Origin: Naegleria gruberi
Taxonomy: Eukaryota
Reading direction: 5' to 3' (one strand)
Length of the DNA: 64,000 nt
Assembly (NCBI GenBank): GCA_000004985.1
Contig: GG738885.1
The position numbers were made by a program, and so were the translations under genes. The notes beneath the pieces were generated by a model. It saw only the letters and a list, made by a program, of their open reading frames with translations. It was not told where the DNA came from and did not search any database. Position 1 is the stretch's first letter. Each line of letters starts with the position of its first letter. This document shows, in pieces, positions 11,597-22,876 of the stretch.

Positions 11597-11962
11597 AACA
11601 AAATTATTCAAAAAGGTATTATATTCTTGTCTGGTTGTTCTTGGTTTTGGTACTGATCACAATTTAATCATTCAAATATTTAAATAATTAAAAACCTACC
11701 ATGATCTGGCACTTGATAGAGTTGATCATCACCAATCCTATCATGAATAAAATCCATCCACTTGTGAGCATTCACAAGATCCAACTCAAACGGAGGAAAA
11801 GCATCCGACATTTTTTCTTATTGTTTCCCATCAAATACTACTCAACTCGAACATCCAATGAACACACCATGTGTCAATCTTTCATCTAAGGAATGTACGC
11901 GGACTGGCAAGTGTATTAAAACAAGCAAACATAACAAACATGAATATTTTTTAATAATTTCC

Positions 11963-11975
11963 AAGGCGGGAAAAG
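11963..11975 (-). promoter_or_regulatory. E2F-like GC-rich element TTTTCCCGCCTTGG (shares the 11-mer AAGGCGGGAAA with the SPT16 upstream site)
   Basis: This is an isolated GC-rich motif in AT-rich intergenic DNA. Its reverse complement matches the E2F half-site TTTCCCGCC. Confidence 0.25.
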
Positions 11976-12344
11976 ATATCACTTCGCTTAACACGTACAC
12001 TGTTTGATTGAAATAATCTCTTTCCCAATTCATAAGACGAAGAATAAATATATTCTTGGATGAATTTCAAAAATTTGTTCTTTTCCCTTTCGCTGCCCCT
12101 TGTTCCTGCTTGATTCAGAGAAGACACTATGGGGTTGCTTGAATTTTAATAAAAACAATACTGTTATCCTCAATAATTGATTCTTTATATCATCAGAAGA
12201 TAAAGGGAAAGGGGAGTTTACATTAGAGAGATGAATTCAGGTTGTTTTTGGTGCCAGTGAGTTTGGATAAACAATTTACTGAAACATTATTATACAATTA
12301 CAATCAGGGAAAGTGTACTAATTTAAATTAGATTCTCTTATCTC

Positions 12345-12768
12345 TTATTTTTCGAATTTCTTTTGATTTCTCCTTGCCATATCAATTTGTTTCTTTTCAG
12401 AAGTTGAATTGAACGTTCTCTTATCAAGACGAGATACAACATCATTGTATCCTTTTCCTGAATTTCTCATTTCTCTCATAATATGAGTGGTTGCTGAACT
12501 GCTCTGTTGCTTTTTGAGTTTTCCAAGAGCTGTTTTAAAACTCACATCCAACAAATACAAAGTTTTAACGATGGAACACTTCTTCTTCTTGATAGTGGGT
12601 GTCTGACTGTTGTTGTTCTTTTTCTTCAGTTTCGGTTGTACGTACACGTGGTTTCAGAAATGGGATATCATTGACCTGCTTAGAAGCGAATAGAGGCATT
12701 TTTCTAGGAATAAATACCATACTTACAGAGAAGTTATTATTTCTTTGCTGGAGAACCCACTTAATCAA
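12345..12768 (-). CDS. Unresolved small basic protein locus, probably spliced
   Basis: Two overlapping minus-strand ORFs lie in different frames, neither with a convincing ATG start. A GTAAGT donor sits at 12726..12721 on the minus strand. The exon structure cannot be resolved from sequence alone. Confidence 0.2.
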
Positions 12769-13004
12769 GATTTTAGCATCAACCCCATAAACAGCTTATT
12801 ATTCTTCTGAGTTATTTCATGATTTGTCGTCAAATTTACTACACATTGTGTAAAGAAATTAGTGGAACTAATGATTATTTCATAACTCCATATTTCTTTG
12901 ATATTAAGATTGTAGATAAAATTAATCACAACATGAAAAATGCCTAAATGATCACTAAATTAAATTATCATTTTCCATACTTAAATTATGTAACATTTCA
13001 CTAA

Positions 13005-13457
13005 ATGATTTCTCGGCTGTTCAGAACCTCTAATAACAACATTTTTTCAATAAAAATGAGTAATGAAGAAGTAAAAGATAAATTGGATGAATTGGATCAT
13101 GATTTGTTATCAAATCTTTTACACTTAATAACAGGTTCAAATATGAGTAAAAGTATTCAAGAAACTTTATTTTCAACTCTTTCATATCTTAACGGCAATA
13201 CCAAATTAGATCCTTATTTAAATTATACTAATTTTCATAATTATTTTAATAATAGTGAAATGGATGAAAATATTGAAGTGCTTACTCTAGAGGCCATTGT
13301 GAAAAAGTTCCGAGATGGTAAACAAGCGGATTTTAAAGTAGTAGAATTAAAGTCAATATTAGGTAGATTTGGATTGCCAAAGAGTGGAAAGAAAAGTGAT
13401 CTATTAGATAGACTAAGAGATCATTTAGAACAGAAAGGGCATTTGAATAAACAATAA
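13005..13457 (+). CDS. SAP-domain protein
   Basis: The C-terminal segment LKSILGRFGLPKSGKKSDLLDRLRDHL fits the SAP helix-x-helix consensus (LxxLKVxELRxxLxxRGLxxxGxKxxLIxRL). The ATG at 13005 follows an A/T-rich leader. Confidence 0.55.
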   Translation: MISRLFRTSNNNIFSIKMSNEEVKDKLDELDHDLLSNLLHLITGSNMSKSIQETLFSTLSYLNGNTKLDPYLNYTNFHNYFNNSEMDENIEVLTLEAIVKKFRDGKQADFKVVELKSILGRFGLPKSGKKSDLLDRLRDHLEQKGHLNKQ

Positions 13458-13503
13458 TATTGAATTCTTCCTTTATACATAGTTTTTGAAATAATTATCG
13501 GAA

Positions 13504-15070
13504 ATGGCACCTGATTCTGTTGTATTATATTTGGATTTAATATCCTTTGAATCAGAATTATTAAGTAGTAAAATCAGAGATGTGCCAATGAAGGATAAAT
13601 TTAAATTGATATGGAATCCGATTTATTATTCCTTTGCTTATATAGATGAAGAAGATGTTGCGGAGGATGAACAATTAGAGAGAGAAAAGTTTGACTATCT
13701 CCTGAAGAATATTTACTCGGGTGAATATATGTTTAATTTAATGACCAATGCAGATATTTGGAAGATTGATTTAATTAGAGATCAAACATTTATTATAAAA
13801 CAGCTTACGCAAATATCTTGGGAAAAGTTTGCTGAAATTTCTACTAGATTGAATCTTTGGAAATTGAAATCATTTGCTGAGAAGTTTGTGGAATGTTTAG
13901 GAAGATATGTACTCGTATACATACCTATTGAATTAAGAAGTAATAGAAAGTTTATGTTACATGCTATTAAGCTGGATAGACATGCTCTTGGATTTGCTTC
14001 TGAAGAAATCAGAAATGATAGGGAAATTGTAATGGAATCTGTTAAACAAACTGGATGGGTTCTCAAGCATGCATCTGATGAATTGAAAAGAGACAAAACA
14101 ATTGTTCTTCATGCTGTTAAGCAAAATGGGCATGCACTTCAATTTGCTTCTGAAGAATTGAGAAATGATAGAGAGATTGATGGAGGCGGTTAAGCAGAAT
14201 GGCGGTGCAATAGAATTTACGTCTGATGAGCTAAAGAGAGACAGAGAAATAATAAGTGAGGCTGTTAGAAAAGAGGGAAACGCACTTTTGCTTGCATCTG
14301 AAGAGTTTAGAAAAGACAGAGAATTGCTTATTGAAGCCGTTAAGCAATATGGAAGGGCATTACAATGGGCGCCTAAAGAATTTAAAAATGATAGAGAAAT
14401 TGACTTGTTTGCAGTCAAGGAATATGGATCAGCAATTGACTATACTTCTAGTGAATTGAAATGTGATAGGGAATTTGTTTTACAAGCTGTTAAACTAAAT
14501 GGAATGGCACTTCAATATGTATCTTTTGGATTGAGAAATGATAGAGAAATAGTAATGGAAGCTGTCAAACAAAATGGATGGGCGCTTGAATGTGTATCAA
14601 GAGAATTAAGGAAAGACAGAGAAATTGTTGTCGAGGCTGTTAAACAAAATGGAACTGCTCTTGAATATGCACCAGAAGAATTGAGAAATGACAGGGAAAT
14701 TGTGTTACTAGCTATCAACCAAAATATTTCTTCATTCAAATATGTATCAGATGAATTGAGAAATGACAGAGAAATTGCAATGCTAGCAGTTAAAAAAGAC
14801 GGATATGCCATTGAAAAAACTTCTAGTGAATTGAGAAATGACAGAGAAATTGTCACAGAGGCAGTTAAACAAAACGGACTATTGCTTAGTGAGGCATCAG
14901 AAGAATTGCGAAATGATTGTGAAATTGTATTGCTTGCTTTTAAAAATAATGAGAGTTCACTGGTATATGCATCTGAAGAATTGAAAGCAGATGGAAAATT
15001 CATTCAACTTCTTCGAAGTTATTTATTTGAAAAGCAGCCTTATGAACTTCCAGGTAGATCAAGAAAATAG
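13504..15070 (+). CDS. DUF4116-like tandem-repeat protein with an internal 2-nt frameshift
   Basis: At least 15 consecutive ~30-aa units of the form xAVKQNGxAL[EQ]YASEELRNDREIV are encoded by ~90-nt DNA repeats. The reading frame switches at 14179. Upstream the sequence reads ...NDREI; one stray g follows; then MEAVKQNG continues in the +1 frame. Every other unit has REI-xx-[EHQ]AVKQ, so two nucleotides are missing here. The two halves appear as ORFs 13504..14193 and 14165..15070. Confidence 0.6.
13930..15010 (+). repeat. Coding tandem repeat array, period about 90 nt
   Basis: The string gaattgagaaatgacagagaaatt and near-variants recur about every 90 nt. The reverse-strand ORFs over this region are low-complexity artefacts of the repeat. 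Confidence 0.7.
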
Positions 15071-15134
15071 CTTTCCTGATGCAGTTTATCATGATTACAA
15101 TAATTCAAATCTTGGTTGATCAAGAAGAAAAAAA

Positions 15135-16619
15135 ATGACTTCAGAAATCCCACACCCATTCTCACACTATAATTCAGCACCGGATCTTTTTTTGTCTTCC
15201 TCATCAGGTTATGCTGCTCCATCAACATTGATAAAATTCTCCACAGGAAAACAATATAGGAACATGATGGAAAATTCCTTCCGAGATGTTGTTTGTAAAT
15301 TTAGGGAGTATTCGTTCTTGATCAGAGAAAAATCTTTTTATGATTATTTAAAGCCTGAATTTATGCAACAATATAAAATTGAGAGAAATTTGAGTTTATT
15401 TGTGAGTGAGATTTGGAGCGGAACATCGGCTACGTGTGTTAGGGGAGGATCTGGTTTAAATCCGTATGTTCTTGTTGTGCCAAGATTGGAGTTGGTGGAA
15501 CAGGTGATTAGAGATTATTTGGAATGGTGGAGATCGAATGATTTGTTTAACTCTGTAAAATATTGGAATGATTTTGATATATTTAGAATAGCAGATTCGA
15601 ATACAGATGGAAGAGGTGAATTGAAAAGTGTTTTTGAAATGACGTGTTTTACTTTGGAGGAAGGGGAGTATGTTAAAAACATTTCAGATAAGGGTTATTT
15701 TGAAATGACATTCTTGACTAATTTAGGACATTTTTATCACATTATTCAAGATAGAAATGGTGGGAAGAATATAATTACAAAATCAGCTGAATTATTTACT
15801 GGACTAGCAGTTGGTGGATCATTTTGGATTGGGTGGACAAGTACTAACCTTTTTCTATTTGGACATAATTTTTACATTCATATGCAAAACAGGAAAGCAA
15901 GCATACCTAGTGAAATTCTATCAATTGATGATGTTAGTTGCGGATGGGATAATATATTTATTGTGGCCAATTCTAGGAAAGATGTATTTGGATTTGGCAG
16001 AAATTTTGGGTCTTTTTTCACTCCAAACCACAAACAAACACCAAATATAGTTCAAATTCCACTCGACAAATTAAAACTCCCAGAAGAAACCATTCAAAAG
16101 GTCTCCGCAGCAGATGAAGCAGCTGTAATTTTATTGGATTCTGGAAATTTAATCATTAATAATTATGCACTGAATCGAACTTCTTTTAGTATTTTTTCTA
16201 GTAAATTATGGACTAGAATTGATGCTGCCAAAACTTTGAACAAATTTCAAGACTCGAGAATTATTGATGTTGGAGTTGGAAGATCCAAAATTTCTGTACT
16301 TACTTTCAATCATTGCATTTCAGTGTACTCATTGGATTTTACATTGGAATTTGAAACCAAATTACACATATCCTGTTCCTTAGATTATCCTCTATTTGTT
16401 ATGAATAAGACAAAGATTGTGGATGAAAGCAAGAAAAGAATAGTTCAAGAATCATTTAATCCCTCCCTCATTTTCAACCCAACAATCATACAGGCAGAAG
16501 AGAGTGTTCAAGTATGGTATCATGCTCATAATCCAATCGATTTATTTCAATCAGATTATAGACGAAATATGATTTCCTCTTCACTCCACTTTTCAGATTT
16601 ACAATTCAACTTTGTTTAA
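15135..16619 (+). CDS. Hypothetical protein, possibly an RCC1-like beta-propeller
   Basis: The 494-aa ORF starts on an ATG after an A-run. Repeated glycine-rich turn motifs (GWDNIFIVANSRKDVFGFGRNFG) suggest a propeller fold. There is no confident family assignment. Confidence 0.4.
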   Translation: MTSEIPHPFSHYNSAPDLFLSSSSGYAAPSTLIKFSTGKQYRNMMENSFRDVVCKFREYSFLIREKSFYDYLKPEFMQQYKIERNLSLFVSEIWSGTSATCVRGGSGLNPYVLVVPRLELVEQVIRDYLEWWRSNDLFNSVKYWNDFDIFRIADSNTDGRGELKSVFEMTCFTLEEGEYVKNISDKGYFEMTFLTNLGHFYHIIQDRNGGKNIITKSAELFTGLAVGGSFWIGWTSTNLFLFGHNFYIHMQNRKASIPSEILSIDDVSCGWDNIFIVANSRKDVFGFGRNFGSFFTPNHKQTPNIVQIPLDKLKLPEETIQKVSAADEAAVILLDSGNLIINNYALNRTSFSIFSSKLWTRIDAAKTLNKFQDSRIIDVGVGRSKISVLTFNHCISVYSLDFTLEFETKLHISCSLDYPLFVMNKTKIVDESKKRIVQESFNPSLIFNPTIIQAEESVQVWYHAHNPIDLFQSDYRRNMISSSLHFSDLQFNFV

Positions 16620-16670
16620 ATTAAAATTATTATTTAAATACTAATGCAAGTTTTATCTATGGTTTATTTT

Positions 16671-17540
16671 CTAAAGTAAAAGAGAACAGACAAGAACAGT
16701 GAGAGTTACACCTAAAAGATCCATTACAACTGAAGACATTGGACCAGAGGATATGCCAGCATCGAATTTCAAAACAAAATGAATGAATAGTGGAATGAGT
16801 GCACACACAAATACACTCACAATGACAATCATTATAACACTCAAGGTAAGAGCTATTAATTCTTTCAATAGAGTTGGATTATAAAAGATGGCAATGAATG
16901 GTGACATTCCCATTGCTTCTTGTGGAGTGAGACTGAAAACTCTGTAAATATAAACTCTCAGAAAAGCAATTAATCCAATAGCCAAGCTCAATAGAATACC
17001 AATTCTAAATTCCCTCCACACAACTTGAAAAATATTTGATTTTTTAAATTCACCTGTTGTAATTCTTCTCACAATTTCAATAACTGTTTGTGATCCTGAA
17101 TTGCCTCCTGTTCCTATTAACATGGTTAAAAAAAGGGAAATAATAATATGTTTTTCTATCAGAGATTCAAACTTGGCCAAAATAAAACTAGAAAATGATT
17201 GCAAAATTAATAATAATATCAGCCATATGCCTCTTTTGTATACAATTTTAAATATCGATTGGTCAAAATATTTAACATCCACTTCGGAATTAGTTGAACT
17301 ATTTACATCTGTCTCGGAATTATTTTCATCATTATTTCCAATCAAAGGCTGATTTGATGAATAAATTTCATCATCCTCAAATACTTGAGATTCTAAATCA
17401 ACTTCGCTTTGAACTAACTGACTTTTTTCCTCTCCTATTTGTTCTTCTATTGTAGTGGTAGAGGTAGTGGCTGGAGTAGTACTGTTTGTGTTTTCCGATA
17501 TTGCTGATGATGGAAGATCTTTCAATTCCTTTTCACTCAT
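16671..17540 (-). CDS. MgtE/SLC41-type divalent cation (Mg2+) transporter domain protein
   Basis: The transmembrane domain carries the MgtE signature TGGNSGSQ (LTMLIGTGGNSGSQTVIEIV) and has about five TM helices. The N-terminus is acidic and Ser/Thr-rich. The ATG is at 17540. Confidence 0.6.
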   Translation of the reverse strand: MSEKELKDLPSSAISENTNSTTPATTSTTTIEEQIGEEKSQLVQSEVDLESQVFEDDEIYSSNQPLIGNNDENNSETDVNSSTNSEVDVKYFDQSIFKIVYKRGIWLILLLILQSFSSFILAKFESLIEKHIIISLFLTMLIGTGGNSGSQTVIEIVRRITTGEFKKSNIFQVVWREFRIGILLSLAIGLIAFLRVYIYRVFSLTPQEAMGMSPFIAIFYNPTLLKELIALTLSVIMIVIVSVFVCALIPLFIHFVLKFDAGISSGPMSSVVMDLLGVTLTVLVCSLLL

Positions 17541-17638
17541 TTTTTATTTGATTATTAATATTTTATGATATTTTTAGATGTTTAGAATTATTTTAATATG
17601 AAAATTGGGTCAATTAAGACCAAATGTTTTGTAAGGGT

Positions 17639-20600
17639 TTATTTCCTGTTCTTGCTACTCTTAGCTGGCTTACGATACTCTTCATCATCACTGATTTCTT
17701 CATCTCTCTTTCGTTTTTGATTATCTTCTTCCATGGCTTCATTTTCTAATTCTTCCCATGTTGGAGCATCTTCTTCCTCTTCTTCCTCGAAATCATCATC
17801 GTCTTCATCATCATCTGAATCAATGTACATTTCTTCATCATCGTCATCAACGTCTTCTTCTTCACCTGATGATGGTTCATATTCTTCGGCTCCTTCTTCT
17901 TCTAAATCTTCTTCAACTTGTTCACCACTCATAACGAGGAAAGAGGTCCAACCATTTTCACTGTATGGATCCCAGTTGTCTTCTTCACGAATAGTCTTAA
18001 GAATTGGACCCCACTTCAAAGATTGAGCACCTTCAAAGTATAATACATTGCTGTTTGTTAACCAATCCTTAATCTTATCCAAATGTTCAACTGGTATAGA
18101 TGTTATGGAGTGGTAAGTAGTAAGGTCTTTCAAAATAAATACAATATCAAAGTTCTTCAATCCAAATTTCATTCTTTCAAAGTGAGCAATTTCAACTTCA
18201 TCCATTGTCAACACAAAGAAAGGAGCTTCAGAGAGGGAAACAAGGCAATTTAGAGTTGGTACTAAATTTACATTTGATTTACCAGTAGATGGGACACCAG
18301 TAAATTCTAAATCACGGAATGGAATTTCAAAATCAACGCCTGACTTTTCTTCAACTTTCTTTACAAATGAAGCAAATTCCTTATTCAATTTAATCTTCAA
18401 AAGTTGTTCTCTTTCTTCTTCTTCAATAGCTTCTCTTTCAGAAACAGCTTGTCTTCTGTGTCTACCGACCAAGTGATCAAATTCTTCAATAACTTCAGTA
18501 AAGAATTGAATATCATGGAAGGCCTTCTTACCAATCATAACTGGATTCTTAAGATGGAAGTGAATAAGAACAATAATATCATTCTTGGCTTCTTGGAAGA
18601 AGGCATGTTTGATATTAGAGTACATAATTTCAATCTTAGCACCCTTGTTACTGGAGAATCTCAAACCATTTTCATGAGCTTCAATTACACCAACTTGTTT
18701 CTTACCAGGTCTCATGAAGATATCAGCAAGTCTTGGAGCCTTTTGACCCTTACTAACTAATTTAAGTTTTGGTTGATCAACTTCCTTATTATTTTCATTG
18801 AATTCTCTGTCTCTTTCTTCTTGACCAATTTGTTTCTTCAATTCAAGGATTTCTCTTCTAGCACTTTCCAAACGTTTGGAATCCTTTGCTCTGTATGAAA
18901 TTTCCTTGACAAAGACAAGGTGCTTATACAACTTGGCTGGTTCGTAAACCTTACCAAAGTTGAGTTTAGTATTGTTAAAGTTGATTCTGAGATGTACATA
19001 TTCACCTTCGTCAGTTGTGTTTACGTTCTTAATAGCGGCAATGTGGAATGGAACGTGAGAACCATTAATTGGCAACAAGACAGATCCATGTCTCTTATCG
19101 ACAATGATTTGGTTGGCAACCAATTGAAGATTCTTTGGAATAGGTCCAGTATAACTAACAACTTCACCTTTAGCGAATTTTTCATCAGCTGACAACTTTT
19201 TCTTTCTTGATGAAGTGCTTGAAGATTCATCCTTTCCTTCGTATTCTTCTCTCTTTCTTTGGAGAAGAGATAATTGTCTCTTTCTTCTTTCTTCATCATT
19301 GAGAGTAGAGTCAGATGATTCAACACCTCTAACCAAACCTGAAGCAATAGCAGCACTACGCTTTTGTCTTTGTCCGAATTCTTGATCAATCACTTCTGGT
19401 TCAACCTCTTCAGCTGCTTCTTCATCTTCAATTGAGTAAGATATTTGATTATAGTCAATCTTAATACGAGTCAAAACTTGACATTCTTCACGAACCTCAA
19501 CTTGATCATTTGATCTTGGCATACCATAATCTTCAGTTGAAACTACAACTGTATCAGCAATGAACATAGAATATGGAGCACGACCTGGTTCTGGAACATT
19601 TTCAAATCCTAATTGAACAACAAATGTCATATTATTTGCAATTTCCATCATATTGCCTTCAGCCATTTGCATGATTGGAGAGGAAGGTTGCCATCCTATA
19701 CAGAAACCAACCTTCGTTGTGAAATGTGGAACCAACTCTGGTTTCTTCTTTCTTAAAAATTCCCTAGCAGCAGCATAAATACTATCCATTGTTTGACCAA
19801 CTCTAATCTTCTTTTTGACAAGGAATTGGTAGACATTGTACAAAATTTCGTAATCCATTTCCTTTTCCACACTAGCATTAATGAAATAAGTTCTTGCAAC
19901 CATTGAACAGAATGATTTGTATCTGATACCAAACATTAAAATGATGTTATCAAATTTAAGGATTTTGTCATCTGATTTAACTGATTCGTCATTGAAATCT
20001 AAGTTAAGATTATATCCACCTCCAGATTGAATAATAGGATTAAAAGCTAATGTTAAATCAATTTCTGCAGCAGCTTTTGTCACCATATTTTCAATATTTA
20101 CGGCAAATTGACTGTGTTTGATTTCCTTTCCTTCATCGATAACACCTTCCATATCGGTGACAATTTTCTTGACGAACTTAGTGGTGTATTGTGAAGAAGC
20201 TTTAGCAAGTTGTACTTCTTCTGGCTCTCTTGTACAGAGCAAATCTTGAAGGGCAATCTTGACATCTACAACTTTTTGCTTCTTGAGAGTATCAATATAT
20301 TCCTTGTGTAATGGTCCTGTGTGTTTTTCTCCTTCAATTACACCAATAACAGTATTTGATGAAAGTGAAAGAGTAGCAAAGAAATCGGAAGTTGTTCTCT
20401 TCTTATCCTTTTCAAAGAGTTTGATCTTTCCTGATGTATTTGGAATGTCTTGCAACATTTTAATTTTGTTAGCACTAAAGTTTGATCGTATTCGAATTTT
20501 GTCATGATCTGTTACTTACCTAGTGAAGAAGTGCACAGATTTTGTATGAGGTTCAAAGGAAATAATAGTATCAGTGAATTCGTATCCAATCAGCCACAAG

Positions 20601-20776
20601 AGCATTAATTTGTGTACATCGTAATCGTTCTTTTCTTCTTGATTTACCTTGCCCATAAAAACTTGGAAAATTGTGCAATTATCATATAGAGTATCTTTGT
20701 ATTTGTCAAAGTGGTCAAACAGACGAGCAAGTCGCTTGTTGAATATTTCCCCATCAATTTTATTCTCGTCTGCCAT
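17639..20776 (-). CDS. SPT16: FACT complex subunit SPT16
   Basis: Exon 1 runs from 20776 to 20520 (MADENKIDGEIFNKRLARLFDHF...LLWLIGYEFTDTIISFEPHTKSVHFFT). A 45-nt intron (20475..20519, GTAAGT...CTTTAG) follows. Exon 2 begins SANKIKMLQDIP..., reproducing the conserved Spt16 N-terminal lobe. The remaining 939 aa include the middle and PH-like domains and a long C-terminal acidic tail (DDDDEEMYIDSDDDEDDDD). Confidence 0.9.
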
Positions 20777-20812
20777 TTTTTTTTAATTTTATTTTGTGTC
20801 AAATTTTTGGAA

Positions 20813-20821
20813 GGCGGGAAA
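20813..20821 (-). promoter_or_regulatory. E2F-like element TTTCCCGCC about 40 bp upstream of the SPT16 ATG
   Basis: The reverse complement of ggcgggaaa (context ttttggaaggcgggaaacatt) is a GC island in otherwise AT-rich DNA. This is the classical E2F half-site. Confidence 0.3.
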
Positions 20822-21007
20822 CATTCAAGAACCAATAATTTAGCATCCATCTAGATGCCCCAACTTGATTGAACCTTTTCTTTTTCTTATAGAATTATAA
20901 TATATTATATCTAAAACTAAATTGTTAATTAATACTTGACATTTTTCACATGAATGTTAAATATGATGAAATTAATAACACTAAGCAACTTTGGATCGGA
21001 CAGAGAT

Positions 21008-21016
21008 GCGCGCCAA
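21008..21016 (+). promoter_or_regulatory. GCGCGCCAA element 25-33 bp upstream of the TMEM97 ATG
   Basis: The site atgcgcgccaattc belongs to the same CGCCAA(A) family seen upstream of the TMPK, GH31, RPL14 and IFT56/coiled-coil genes. Confidence 0.25.
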
Positions 21017-21040
21017 TTCACAAAACTTCAAACAAAAAAA

Positions 21041-21602
21041 ATGGCAGTACCAAGCATCTTCTCCAGACCATTGCATTTGATTTTCTTCATCTACTTTTTG
21101 AGTCACATTCCAATCACTATCATGATTGACTCTCAAGTAAGTTTATCACATATGTTGTATCATTATAGTTTAAATAATTATAAAGCCTCTCTTGGTTGAT
21201 AAGATCCCACAACTCTATCCACCAATCATTAAACAAATTTTGAATGATCACTGGTTAGAACCATTCCAAGACAAGTTGATGGTTGTCTTCCCAGTTTGGT
21301 TTGCTAGTTTTACAGTTTGTGAAGTCTTTTTGCAATTCCCATTCTTCTTCTTTGCTTGTTATGCCTTCATTGCTGGTAAGAACTGGATCCGTATTCCATC
21401 AATTATTTATGCCACACACGTTATGACTACACTCGTTCCAATTATGAGTGCCTTCATATTTGATCCTGCTTTCCTTAATCACAATCCAGTCTTGTTGGCT
21501 ACCTATTCTGTCTACTTTATCATTCCACTCTTGTTATTGTTGAATATGGTTCTCTACACTAATCCATTCAATTATGAGGAAAAGAAGATCAAGAAGCAAT
21601 AA
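21041..21602 (+). CDS. TMEM97: TMEM97 / sigma-2 receptor (EXPERA domain) homolog
   Basis: Exon 1 is 21041..21136 (MAVPSIFSRPLHLIFFIYFLSHIPITIMIDSQ). A 67-nt GTAAGT...AG intron (21137..21203) follows. Exon 2 begins IPQLYPP and contains KNWIRIPSIIYATHVMTTLVPIMSAFIFD, ending ...YNYEEKKIKKQ. Together these are collinear with human TMEM97 (YFLSHIPITLFMDLQ ... [30 protein letters not shown] ... YKYEEKRKKK). Confidence 0.85.
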
Positions 21603-21673
21603 TTAGTTGCTTATCCGAATCTTTCAATTTTTAAATCAACACTTTAAATTATTAAAATCAATATTATTAAAAA

Positions 21674-22594
21674 ATGTCTTTCAACAAACCAATAACCATT
21701 CCTTCCAACAATGATTCATCACCACCAATACTAAATCATCAAGTACACAATTATTTTAATAATAATATTAGTGAATCACCGTCACCCACACTATCCGATA
21801 ATAGTTCTTCAAATATTAATACGAGTAATAGTCAATTTATTCTCAATATACGATTTCCACACTCTTCGGAAACTCATCAGTGTATTTTAAAATCAGGATC
21901 TAACACTATAGTGAGTGAATTATTACAAGCCATCAGAGAACAATGTTTGGAAAAGGATAAAACTTTACGATCTAATGAAAATTACTCTCCATCAAAGAGT
22001 ATTCTCAAATTAATTCATCATGGAAGACTACTAACGCCTCCTACATTTCCGATTTCGAGATTTAATATTCAACCTGAAAACTTTATACATTGCACATTTT
22101 CACCCATTCAACAACCTAGTAATAATTCACAACAACATAATACTAGCTCTTCATCAACTGATATTCGACAAGGATTTGACATGTTATTGAATGCTGGTCT
22201 TGCCAGAGAGGAAGTTAATGAAGTGAGGAGACAATTCTATGCAAGTCATTCAAATTTATTGGAATTGCACAGAAGAGGTCAACTCACTCAAAGGGATTTA
22301 TTTGAAATTGAGCAACAGTGGATGCAAAATGATCATGTTCAAACAGAAAACGATCAAAGCAGCTCAATAAGACCAACCAATACAATCATAGATACGAATA
22401 ATGTGGGAAATATTTATCATTTCTTCTGTGGAGTTTTCTTGGGATTCTTCTTGGGATTTGTTGCACTGATAGCTCTTTTGGAAAACTCACTCTCTCGAAG
22501 ATTTCAATTCGGTATAAGATGTGGTGTAACAACAATGGTTCTCTTGTCGATATTCAAGTATTACTTCCCGACACTTCTACCATACATGATGTAA
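21674..22594 (+). CDS. Membrane protein with a ubiquitin-like domain (TMUB/HERPUD-like)
   Basis: The N-terminus is N/S-rich. A UBL-like segment (ILKSGSNTIVSELLQAIREQCL...KLIHHGRLLTPPTFPISRFNI) is followed by a C-terminal hydrophobic hairpin (FFCGVFLGFFLGFVALIALL). Confidence 0.45.
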   Translation: MSFNKPITIPSNNDSSPPILNHQVHNYFNNNISESPSPTLSDNSSSNINTSNSQFILNIRFPHSSETHQCILKSGSNTIVSELLQAIREQCLEKDKTLRSNENYSPSKSILKLIHHGRLLTPPTFPISRFNIQPENFIHCTFSPIQQPSNNSQQHNTSSSSTDIRQGFDMLLNAGLAREEVNEVRRQFYASHSNLLELHRRGQLTQRDLFEIEQQWMQNDHVQTENDQSSSIRPTNTIIDTNNVGNIYHFFCGVFLGFFLGFVALIALLENSLSRRFQFGIRCGVTTMVLLSIFKYYFPTLLPYMM

Positions 22595-22876
22595 ATAATG
22601 TACAGTTCAGTCCTCTAAATTAAATAGTTGTCTAATCCAATAAATTCCACCATCGTACTATCATCACAATAATACAAATAAATAATAATAATTATTATAA
22701 TTTATTTAGAGCAGGAAGGAAAAGACGGAGGTTAAAAAGGGATGAGTTAATGATGTTGTAGATTATTATCCAATTAGTTTTTGTACAAATAAATCCGCGT
22801 CAACTTGTTGTTGTGGTCAACATCATCAAAAATCTAGGTGAATTAATATTCACAATATAAATTATGTAAGAATAAT

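Noticed and set aside
13782-15003. Long minus-strand ORFs (13782..14096, 13957..14418, 14512..15003) opposite the DUF4116-like repeat gene
   Set aside because: Their translations are low-complexity (SLSFLNSS...) mirror images of the sense-strand repeat. They are artefacts of periodic coding sequence, not genes.
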